Sequence record: SRR2962707_4349
DNA: 46,127 nt
Direction: 5' to 3' (one strand)
Below are positions 38,574-46,127 of this stretch, piece by piece. Below the pieces are notes generated by a model. It did not search any database. It saw only the letters and a program-made list of their open reading frames with translations, and was not told the DNA's origin. The translations under genes were made by a program, and so were the position numbers. Positions within the stretch are counted from its first letter, which is position 1. Every line of letters starts with the position of its first letter.

Positions 38574-39200
38574 ATGGCCTTAGTTGAACTATCCCCCTCC
38601 GATCTCGCTGCGTTATTGTGCAGCCGTGTTTGTCACGATGTGATTTCGCCCGTCGGTGCTATCAACAATGGGCTTGAATTGCTCGATGATGGTGGAGCAG
38701 ACGAAGACGCGATGGACCTTATTCGCACAAGCGCGATTAATGCTTCAGCAAGACTGCAATATGCGCGTATTGCCTTTGGCGCGGCAGGATCCGCCGGCGT
38801 TCAAATTGATACTGGTGATGCGCAGTCTGTCGCAGAAAATTATATGAAGAACGAAAAGCCAGAATTTACCTGGTCGGGTCCGCGCGCCTATTTGCCAAAA
38901 GCGCAGGTTAAGCTTCTTCTAAACCTCATTTTGATCGCTAATGGTTCTATTCCACGTGGCGGCTCTTTAGACTTGGAAATTGAAGTTGAAGGTGAGAAAT
39001 CAAAGCTAAAGCTCACTTCAAAAGGCAAAATGTTGCGCATACCGCAAAAATTCCAAGATTTCATTGATGGCCGCATGGGCGAAGATCCAATTGATGCCCA
39101 TTCTGTGCAGTATTATTATACGCTGCTACTGGCAAAAGAAGCCGGAATGGAAATCGGTGTTCATATGGACGACGAGAAAATAGTCTACACGGCAGCCTGA
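38574..39200 (+). CDS. chpT: Histidine phosphotransferase ChpT
   Basis: LAALLCSRVCHDVISPVGAINNGLELL, RIAFGAAGSAG. Confidence 0.95.
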   Translation: MALVELSPSDLAALLCSRVCHDVISPVGAINNGLELLDDGGADEDAMDLIRTSAINASARLQYARIAFGAAGSAGVQIDTGDAQSVAENYMKNEKPEFTWSGPRAYLPKAQVKLLLNLILIANGSIPRGGSLDLEIEVEGEKSKLKLTSKGKMLRIPQKFQDFIDGRMGEDPIDAHSVQYYYTLLLAKEAGMEIGVHMDDEKIVYTAA

Positions 39201-39215
39201 TCAATTTGAAACATC

Positions 39216-39264
39216 AGAAAACGCGCATTTTATTATTCATTAACGATGCCAATGCGCGTTTTCT
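39216..39264. terminator. 14-bp perfect inverted repeat after chpT
   Basis: AGAAAACGCGCATT-N21-AATGCGCGTTTTCT. Confidence 0.55.
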
Positions 39265-39327
39265 TAATTCTCCCATGACAAAGTAGCCCTAAGCACCTCA
39301 ATTGGAGCGCATAAAGGGTTAAGTGAA

Positions 39328-39756
39328 ATGGAAACATGTATTGTTTTCGACACATCGAGCGTCGTTAGAAAAGTAGCAAATCGAATTCTCAGCTCTGAAA
39401 TGATCGAGGTCACAGAGGCAAAGTCTGGCGCGGAAACACTTGCGTTGGCGAAAGTCGATATGCCTGACTACATCATTGTCGATTCAAACATTACCGATAT
39501 GGACCGCGACCAATTGATCCGCAGCTTACGCGCGCTTGAAAATGGAAGCAGCCTCAAAATCATCACCCTATTAATGCAGGTCGATTTAGCGTCGATGACA
39601 CGCGCCAAGCGCGCTGGGTCAGATGAATTCGTCATTAAACCGTTTAACCGTGCACAACTGCTTCAACAATTTTCGATCATACGAAAACAAGCGCCTCATA
39701 TGGCAGTTGAAACAATGGAAAAAGCCCGCGTCAACTCTGGTGAGGCGGGCTTTTAA
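39328..39756 (+). CDS. Single-domain CheY-like response regulator
   Basis: REC fold: PDYIIVD phosphoacceptor, AG.DEFVIKPF; conserved position between chpT and ctrA. Confidence 0.85.
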   Translation: METCIVFDTSSVVRKVANRILSSEMIEVTEAKSGAETLALAKVDMPDYIIVDSNITDMDRDQLIRSLRALENGSSLKIITLLMQVDLASMTRAKRAGSDEFVIKPFNRAQLLQQFSIIRKQAPHMAVETMEKARVNSGEAGF

Positions 39757-39781
39757 AGGCTTAATTTATCGAAATCTAGAA

Positions 39782-40483
39782 TTAGGCGATTTCTTGCATT
39801 TCCATCGGCTCTGGATCGCGCAAAACATAACCGCGGCCCCAAACTGTTTCGATGAAATTGATCCCACCAGAGGCTGAATCAAGCTTCTTACGAAGTTTAC
39901 AGATAAATACGTCGATAATTTTCAGTTCCGGCTCATCCATGCCACCGTAAAGATGGTTTAGGAACATTTCCTTGGTGAGCGTTGTGCCTTTGCGCAATGA
40001 AAGCAGCTCAAGCATCTGATATTCTTTGCCAGTCAAGTGAACACGCTGGCCACCGACTTCGACTGTTTTTGCATCCAGATTCACAACCAGATCGCCGGTC
40101 GTAATCACTGACTGAGCATGTCCTTTCGAACGGCGCACAATCGCATGAATGCGAGCGACCAGTTCATCTTTATGGAATGGCTTCGTCATATAATCATCTG
40201 CGCCAAAGCCCAGACCGCGAACTTTGTCTTCAATACCAGCCATGCCGGAAAGAATTAGGATCGGCGTTTTGACTTTCGACAAACGCAAAGTGCGAAGCAC
40301 TTCATAACCGGACATATCCGGCAAATTCAAATCAAGTAAGATGATGTCGTAGTCGTAAAGCTTGCCTAGATCGACGCCTTCTTCACCAAGGTCAGTCGTA
40401 TAAACATTAAAGCTCTCCGACTTGAGCATTAGCTCGATGCTTTGAGCAATCGCACTATCATCCTCAATCAGCAAAACACGCAT
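39782..40483 (-). CDS. ctrA: Cell-cycle master regulator CtrA
   Basis: [60 protein letters not shown]. Confidence 0.98.
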   Translation of the reverse strand: MRVLLIEDDSAIAQSIELMLKSESFNVYTTDLGEEGVDLGKLYDYDIILLDLNLPDMSGYEVLRTLRLSKVKTPILILSGMAGIEDKVRGLGFGADDYMTKPFHKDELVARIHAIVRRSKGHAQSVITTGDLVVNLDAKTVEVGGQRVHLTGKEYQMLELLSLRKGTTLTKEMFLNHLYGGMDEPELKIIDVFICKLRKKLDSASGGINFIETVWGRGYVLRDPEPMEMQEIA

Positions 40484-40505
40484 TGTATTCCCCTTGTCCA
40501 GCACA

Positions 40506-40843
40506 GAATCGGGTTAGAATTTCCCGATATGTCTCTCGCAAATCACCCTGCCACTGAATGGTTAACAAATTATAATTCAGTTAGGCAAGTCTTGAAACTT
40601 TATTAATTTAATTTTCGAAGTTATTGATTTGTTTACCATAATTTAGAGTCGTTTAATGAATCTTTTTATGAGAAAACGCCGATAACCGATTCAGATGAAT
40701 CAACAAAAACCAATTAAATTCCTAAATTCACAACATTTAAGAGAAAGAGCCAAATCGGTTTACCACCCCTTAAAGGTTGAGACATATAATTAACGCAGGA
40801 TGTAAACGAATGGTTACCGTCGCCGCGTATTTGGTGCGGAATC
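40506..40843. promoter_or_regulatory. ctrA/fliJ-like divergent promoter region with CtrA boxes and CcrM GANTC cluster
   Basis: TTAACCAT (minus, 40558-40565), TTTA-N7-TTAA (40759-40773), TAAA-N7-TTAC (40803-40817); GANTC at 40506, 40646, 40658, 40688, 40697, 40839. Confidence 0.75.
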
Positions 40844-40917
40844 TATCATTTTGTTAATAAATACGTCTGGTGTTTGTGTATCGGGCCTCAAAACCCGTGG
40901 TTTTTGGAGTATTGCGT

Positions 40918-41307
40918 ATGAAACCAAGAGATAACATTATCCGTCTCAAGCAATTTCAGGTTACTGAAAAGCATCGACAAGTGATGCAGCTAGAAACGAT
41001 GATCAACGAATTCGATCGCATGGCGAACGAACTCGACCTTCAAATCCAAAATGAGGAAAAGAAAAGCGGAATCACAGATGTGAACAATTTCGCCTATTCT
41101 ACCTTCGCTAAGGCCGCACGTGTTCGCCGCGATAATTTGTTCGCATCGATCGAAGACCTCAAAGTGCAAAAAGATGCTGCCGAAGCTTTATTGATGGAAG
41201 CTGAGGCAGAACTTCAAAAAGCTGAAAAGCTTGAAGTGCGCGAAGCCCGCCAAGCCGCCGAAACAGTTGCGGAAAGAAGCTACGACAAACACGCAATGAT
41301 TGGCTAA
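40918..41307 (+). CDS. FliJ-like coiled-coil protein of the ctrA locus
   Basis: MKPRD.IIRLKQFQV, FAYSTFAKAAR.RRDNL; SD GGAG; conserved divergent position next to ctrA. Confidence 0.85.
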   Translation: MKPRDNIIRLKQFQVTEKHRQVMQLETMINEFDRMANELDLQIQNEEKKSGITDVNNFAYSTFAKAARVRRDNLFASIEDLKVQKDAAEALLMEAEAELQKAEKLEVREARQAAETVAERSYDKHAMIG

Positions 41308-41355
41308 TCAGCTTTATCACCTGTCGCTATCTTAGCCGCAGGACGCACAGACACT

Positions 41356-41393
41356 AAACAGCTCGCCCAATCTTTGGATTGAACGGGCTGTTT
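41356..41393 (+). terminator. Intrinsic terminator after the FliJ-like gene
   Basis: AAACAGCTCG...CGGGCTGTTT followed by CTCT. Confidence 0.6.
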
Positions 41394-41465
41394 CTCTGCA
41401 TTTAGCCGCCTAAAACTTGTGACATTTTACTTGCCCAGCCCCGCGCGGGTCGCTATCGCGATGTC

Positions 41466-41957
41466 ATGAGAATATTAGCCGGTACATTAATCACCATTGC
41501 TGCTTTTTCTTTTGCCCTTGGCATCACCTTGCCATTGCTAGAATTGGCGCGGCTTTTTTTCCTCACCGACAGGCCGTCACTGCTAACAATTGTTACCCAA
41601 CTTTTTGCCGAAGGCGACTTAGCGCTTGGTTTTCTGATTGGTACCGTGTCTCTGGTTTTGCCAGGTTTAAAATTGCTGGCTCTATCGGCAATGATTTCGG
41701 CCAAAAACTTGAACGCAAAATGGGGCCACCGCGCAAGCACTGCCCTGAGCGTGATTTCTAAATGGTCAATGTTGGATGTGATGCTGGTCGCACTGGCTGT
41801 CTTTGCAGCCAAAACATCTGGCCTTGCAACAGCGATCTCTCAACCTGGCTTATGGTTCTTTGCACTATCAACACTTGCAAGCGCGATTGCGGCGAGCATT
41901 GTGAAGCGAGAACTAGATGAAAATAATCGCCGCCTGATCAAATCAAGCGGCGACTAA
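41466..41957 (+). CDS. Single-domain PqiA-like membrane protein
   Basis: About 4 TM helices, P..KL and KWSMLDV motifs. Confidence 0.8.
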   Translation: MRILAGTLITIAAFSFALGITLPLLELARLFFLTDRPSLLTIVTQLFAEGDLALGFLIGTVSLVLPGLKLLALSAMISAKNLNAKWGHRASTALSVISKWSMLDVMLVALAVFAAKTSGLATAISQPGLWFFALSTLASAIAASIVKRELDENNRRLIKSSGD

Positions 41958-41966
41958 TAATTCTAT

Positions 41967-42242
41967 TTAATGGCGATATTGCTGAATGCGCGTCGTGCGC
42001 AGGCCAGCAAGACCGTGATCCTCGATAGACGCCTGCCATGAAAGATATTCTTCCACAGTCAACGTATATCGCCCACAAGCCTCATCAAGGCTCAAGAGAC
42101 CACCGCGTACAGCGGCAACCACTTCGGCCTTGCGGCGAATGACCCAGCGTCTTGTCGATGCTGGAGGAAGATCATTGATGGTAAGCGGACTTCCGTCCGG
42201 TCCAATGACATATTTTACGCGTGGTCTAATTTGCTCGGTCAT
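41967..42242 (-). CDS. sciP: CtrA inhibitor SciP (DUF1153)
   Basis: YVIGPDGSPLT..DLPP..TRRWVIRRKAEVVAAVRGGLLS; GLRTTRIQQYR. Confidence 0.95.
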   Translation of the reverse strand: MTEQIRPRVKYVIGPDGSPLTINDLPPASTRRWVIRRKAEVVAAVRGGLLSLDEACGRYTLTVEEYLSWQASIEDHGLAGLRTTRIQQYRH

Positions 42243-42294
42243 ATTACTCTCTACACTCACGACCTAATCTTGCTGCCACATTACAGACACATAT

Positions 42295-42331
42295 TTAAAA
42301 AACGACTAAGACGGTCTAAAGGGTTTGGTAA
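42295..42331. promoter_or_regulatory. Putative CtrA sites upstream of sciP
   Basis: TTAA-N7-CTAA (42295-42309) and TAAA-N7-GTAA (42317-42331). Confidence 0.55.
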
Positions 42332-42470
42332 CCAAGGTGAACGAAATCCCGACCAAAACCACAGGCTCTAAGCCCTTCAATCTGCATACAGCAATGCAAT
42401 TCAAATCACGCACAACACTAGTAATTGCAGGCATTGTGGCCTATATCGCGGCCATAAGAATGGACACAAA

Positions 42471-43661
42471 ATGCTAAACTCACTTGGATTTAATCGTAAA
42501 CCTGAAGACACGCGCGTGGTTGTTGCCATGTCGGGCGGAGTCGATTCTTCTGTTGTTGCAGGACTTTTGCACAAGCAAGGTTACGAGGTGATCGGCATTA
42601 CTTTGCAGCTTTATGATCATGGCGAAGCCACACGCCGAACCGGTTCATGCTGTGCAGGTCAAGATATCGACGATGCGCGCCGCGTTTGCGAAACGCTCGG
42701 TATTCCCCATTATGTGCTGGATTATGAAAGCCGTTTCCGCGATGCGGTGATCGATGTGTTTGCCGATAGCTATATTGCAGGCGAAACACCGGTGCCATGT
42801 ATCTCGTGTAACCAGACCGTCAAATTCGCCGATCTTTTAAAAACAGCAAAAGAATTGGGCGCGGACTGTCTTGCGACCGGCCACTACATAAATTCTGAAG
42901 AAAAAGGCAATCGCCGCATTTTAACGCGGCCAGCCGATGCTGACCGCGACCAGAGCTATTTTCTTTTTGCGACTACGCAAGATCAGGTGGACTATGTGCG
43001 CTTTCCCCTTGGCAATATGACCAAGGATGAAACTCGCCGCCATGCCACGGAAATGGGCCTTGTCGTTGCGGACAAACCAGATAGCCAAGATATTTGCTTC
43101 GTGCCCAATGGCAAATATGCCGATGTCATCACAAAGCTGCGCCCCAATGCGGCGCTCGCCGGCGACATCGTTCACATTGATGGCACGGTGCTTGGTCAGC
43201 ATGAAGGCATTTTGCATTATACAATCGGTCAGCGCCGTGGTTTGGGCGTGGCTGTTGGCGATCCGCTTTACGTGGTCAAAATTGATGCGCGCTCGCGCCG
43301 CGTCATTGTTGGCCCGCAAGAAGCCTTGGAAACACGCGAACTCGAATTGCGTGATGTGAACTGGCTTGGCGACCTCGCCCTTGAAGAAATGCCTGCTGAG
43401 GGATTGGAAATTTTAGCACGCGTGCGTTCTACGCGGCCGCCCCGCCCTGCGCGTCTGCGCTTGGAAGATGGTGTGGTGATTGCTGAACTTATTGGTGGTG
43501 AAGCAGGCGTATCGCCTGGTCAGGCCTGCGTGTTCTACGAAGGCAATGAGGCAGGCTCACGTGTTCTTGGCGGCGGCTTTATCAACAAGACCCGTCGCGC
43601 TGAAGCCATTGAAGTAAAACTCAATGCCCTTATGACGCCACAAGCTGCCGCCGCTGAATAA
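42471..43661 (+). CDS. mnmA: tRNA 2-thiouridylase MnmA
   Basis: [47 protein letters not shown]. Confidence 0.97.
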   Translation: MLNSLGFNRKPEDTRVVVAMSGGVDSSVVAGLLHKQGYEVIGITLQLYDHGEATRRTGSCCAGQDIDDARRVCETLGIPHYVLDYESRFRDAVIDVFADSYIAGETPVPCISCNQTVKFADLLKTAKELGADCLATGHYINSEEKGNRRILTRPADADRDQSYFLFATTQDQVDYVRFPLGNMTKDETRRHATEMGLVVADKPDSQDICFVPNGKYADVITKLRPNAALAGDIVHIDGTVLGQHEGILHYTIGQRRGLGVAVGDPLYVVKIDARSRRVIVGPQEALETRELELRDVNWLGDLALEEMPAEGLEILARVRSTRPPRPARLRLEDGVVIAELIGGEAGVSPGQACVFYEGNEAGSRVLGGGFINKTRRAEAIEVKLNALMTPQAAAAE

Positions 43662-43670
43662 AGCGGCAGC
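43644..43670. terminator. Hairpin between convergent mnmA and the aminotransferase
   Basis: GCTGCCGC-N11-GCGGCAGC. Confidence 0.45.
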
Positions 43671-43690
43671 AATTAATTCGCTAATTTTTC

Positions 43691-44815
43691 TTAGCTGTTT
43701 TTGCCAACATAGTTGCGGATTTCAGAAATAACCAAATCCTGATCTTCAACCGACAAATATGGATGCATCGGCAAGCACAAAATACGCGAAGGCTTGCTAT
43801 CCGTCACAGGTAGACCGCCCGGTGCAACCGGAAATTTGTCATAAGCAACCTGCTGATGCAGCGGTTTGACATAATAAATCACAGACGGAATTTTCTTTTC
43901 GCCCAAATGCGCCCGCAAACCATCGCGGTCGTCGGCTTCAATCGCATATTGCGCCCAAGCAGAGCGCTGCCCAGTTGAATTATGTGCTGCCTGCACCACA
44001 TCACCAAGCTCGTTATGGTAACGCGCTGCAATGCGGTTACGCGCATCCATTTCGTCTTCCAAAATATCAAGCTTTTTGAGCAGCACAGCGGCCTGTATCG
44101 TATCAAGGCGTGACGTAAGGCCAAGACGCACATTGTCATATTGGCTTTCGCCCTTGCCGTGGAATGCCACTGAACGCATAATTTCGGCGTCTGCGGCATC
44201 ATTGGTCATGATCGCGCCGCCATCACCATAGCAACCAAGCGGCTTGGCTGGATAAAAGCTCGTTGAAGCCACATCGCCAAATGCGCCGCTATACGTGCCG
44301 TTTAATGTGCCGCCAATGCCCTGTGCCGCATCAGAGATAATGCGCAAGCCATGTTTCGTAGCAATCGCGCCAATCGCGCTATAGTCAGCAACAGCGCCAA
44401 AAAGATCGACAGGAATAATCGCTTTTGGTTTTAAGCGACCTTCCGCTTCGATCATATCAATCGCCGCTTGCAGCGAATTTGGATCCATCAAATAGGTGAT
44501 CGGGTCAATATCAATAAACACCGGCTCTGCGCCGGTTAGCGCAACAACTTCCGCCGTTGCAGCAAAAGTAAAACTTGGCACAAACACCGCATCGCCGCGG
44601 CCAATTTTCCACGCCATCAGCGGGATAAGCAGCGCATCGGTGCCGCTGGCGCAGCCAACCACATGATTGACACCCAAATAATCAGCAAAGCGCTTTTCAA
44701 ACTCAGCCACTTGCGGGCCTAAAATATAAGCCCCGCTGCGCACAACATCCATAATTGCATTTTCTAGGTCATCGCCAAGGCGAGACCGCTGCGCAGCCAA
44801 ATCAATAAATTGCAT
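43691..44815 (-). CDS. DegT/DnrJ/EryC1/StrS PLP aminotransferase (GnnB/WbpE-like)
   Basis: MQFIDL, SGTDAL, DAAQ, SFYPAKPLGCYGDGG, SRLDTIQAA, LCLPMHP; SD GAGGG. Confidence 0.92.
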   Translation of the reverse strand: MQFIDLAAQRSRLGDDLENAIMDVVRSGAYILGPQVAEFEKRFADYLGVNHVVGCASGTDALLIPLMAWKIGRGDAVFVPSFTFAATAEVVALTGAEPVFIDIDPITYLMDPNSLQAAIDMIEAEGRLKPKAIIPVDLFGAVADYSAIGAIATKHGLRIISDAAQGIGGTLNGTYSGAFGDVASTSFYPAKPLGCYGDGGAIMTNDAADAEIMRSVAFHGKGESQYDNVRLGLTSRLDTIQAAVLLKKLDILEDEMDARNRIAARYHNELGDVVQAAHNSTGQRSAWAQYAIEADDRDGLRAHLGEKKIPSVIYYVKPLHQQVAYDKFPVAPGGLPVTDSKPSRILCLPMHPYLSVEDQDLVISEIRNYVGKNS

Positions 44816-44954
44816 GAAACCCTCTAAAACGCAGCACCATCGCGCCGCGAGACTCAAATCGAAAACTCTTTTATCGCCAATATATTGGCGAAACGTAAAA
44901 ATCCAGATTACCGCTTATCACTCCTTTAATAAATCTGTAACGGGCGGTGAACGG

Positions 44955-45905
44955 TCAATTAAGTTGATTAAGGATTTTTACCACGTCAAAACCTTGGACA
45001 CCATCGGTCAGTGGCTTTGAGCCAGACCCAATACAATCAATGAAATGGCTTAGCTCATCTGTCAAAGCCATGCCCTGTGCACAGGCAATATATTCCGGCT
45101 CCTGCTTTGCAAACTTCCAAGCATCGCCGTCCATATCTACATTGTAATGGTGCAGCGAGACCTTGCGACTCCAATCTTGCTCCATATCATCCCATACGAC
45201 CATCGCCTTTGTGCCGAAAACCGTAAAACGGCGCTCCATATAAGGACTGTGCCGCGAAACATAGACATGACCCTTTTGCTCATTGCCAAAATCCAGATCA
45301 ATATGAGCAAAATCGGTTTGACCATTGGTCAGCGAAATCGGCCGCCCCTGCACTTTTTCTGGCCCACGTCCATAAACCGACAAGAGCAGTGAAAGATCAT
45401 GCGGTGCCAAATCCCAAACCGCATCAAATTTTGTATGAAACTTGCCAAAGCCCAGACGGTGGCTCTGCACATATTGAATGTCGCCGAGCGTACCCGCTTC
45501 AACCAGCGCCATGATCGCGCGGAACGCATTATGATAGCGCAAAATATGCCCTGCCATTAACACACGGTCTGCAGCCTTCGCCGCATCCACCATGGCCTTA
45601 GCGTCTTCAACAGACAGCGCGATTGGCTTTTCTGCAAACACATGCTTACCCGCGGCAAAAGCCTGACGCGCGGTCTCCGCATGAAACTGCGCTGGTAACG
45701 CCATAACAATCGCATCGATTGATGTATCGGCAAAAACATCGGCAGCGCTCAACGCTTTAACACCATGTTTTTCAGCAACGTCGCTTGCGCGCGCCATGTC
45801 TACATCGACAACGCCAGCCAGCGCACCCAGTTCAGAAAGGGTGCGAATATGGTTGCTGCCCCAGTATCCACAGCCAAAGACAGCCAGTTTCGGCATTAAA
45901 CTCAT
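44955..45905 (-). CDS. Gfo/Idh/MocA NAD-dependent oxidoreductase (GnnA/WlbA-like)
   Basis: GCGYWG, HVFAEKP, GHILRYH, DLAPHD. Confidence 0.92.
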   Translation of the reverse strand: MSLMPKLAVFGCGYWGSNHIRTLSELGALAGVVDVDMARASDVAEKHGVKALSAADVFADTSIDAIVMALPAQFHAETARQAFAAGKHVFAEKPIALSVEDAKAMVDAAKAADRVLMAGHILRYHNAFRAIMALVEAGTLGDIQYVQSHRLGFGKFHTKFDAVWDLAPHDLSLLLSVYGRGPEKVQGRPISLTNGQTDFAHIDLDFGNEQKGHVYVSRHSPYMERRFTVFGTKAMVVWDDMEQDWSRKVSLHHYNVDMDGDAWKFAKQEPEYIACAQGMALTDELSHFIDCIGSGSKPLTDGVQGFDVVKILNQLN

Positions 45906-46017
45906 CAGATTATTCCCGTCATTTCCGTCAAACTAGGCCTAGAACTGCAAGCGGGACAAAACAAGCCACCAAAATGGAGACAAATGTAAATTCATCAAGA
46001 AAACCGCGTTTGTTTGC

Positions 46018-46047
46018 TTGACAGGTGACGACCTGCCCCCTTATATC
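46018..46047 (+). promoter_or_regulatory. sigma70 promoter for the tRNA gene
   Basis: TTGACA at 46018-46023, then TTATAT/TATATC at 17-18 nt spacing, upstream of the tRNA. Confidence 0.7.
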
Positions 46048-46080
46048 CGCCTCGCTTCATATGTTGGTTATGCCAACTTT

Positions 46081-46127
46081 GGCGGGGTAGCTCAGCCGGT
46101 TAGAGCAGCGGAATCATAATCCGCGTG
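46081..46127 (+). tRNA. tRNA-Met (CAT), elongator type, truncated by the window edge
   Basis: GGCGGGGTAGCTCAGCCGGTTAGAGC D-arm; anticodon stem GCGGA/TCCGC around CAT at 46115-46117. Confidence 0.92.

Noticed and set aside
43691-46127. Possible genomic island next to tRNA-Met
   Set aside because: No integrase, att-like duplication or compositional shift is visible, and the genes lie 5' of the tRNA.
1-46127. CRISPR arrays, transposases, prophage genes, reverse transcriptases
   Set aside because: No regularly spaced repeats or matching protein motifs were seen by eye.

Overview
Core-chromosome segment of an alphaproteobacterium, almost certainly Rhizobiales/Hyphomicrobiales (eipA-chpT-ctrA-sciP-mnmA synteny, fused trpE(G), MoxR cluster). 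It holds about 40 protein genes and a partial tRNA-Met(CAT) at the right edge. Main blocks: tandem ABC exporters, trmL, hemF, cca/Nudix/DUF1285, a MoxR-vWA operon, GST-omega, leuA, LysE/Lrp, trpE(G), tdk, the CtrA cell-cycle cluster and a GnnA/GnnB-like pair. I saw no CRISPR, prophage or transposase. The most notable items are: (1) a five-gene operon of unknown function (26800-33424) joining a long coiled-coil protein, a classical-clade AAA+ ATPase with a Vps4/spastin-like SRH and a DD Walker B, and a membrane-anchored periplasmic protein, which is a candidate membrane-remodelling or stress system; (2) a two-uORF, attenuator-like leader in front of the tandem ABC exporters; (3) an unannotated leader peptide ending in CGA-CGA (Arg-Arg) before a GNAT gene; (4) a four-hairpin candidate sRNA upstream of the trp promoter; (5) a 51-aa Lys-rich small protein missed by the ORF track. 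Classic leu and trp attenuator leaders are also present. Family assignments come from motif recognition only; no searches were run.
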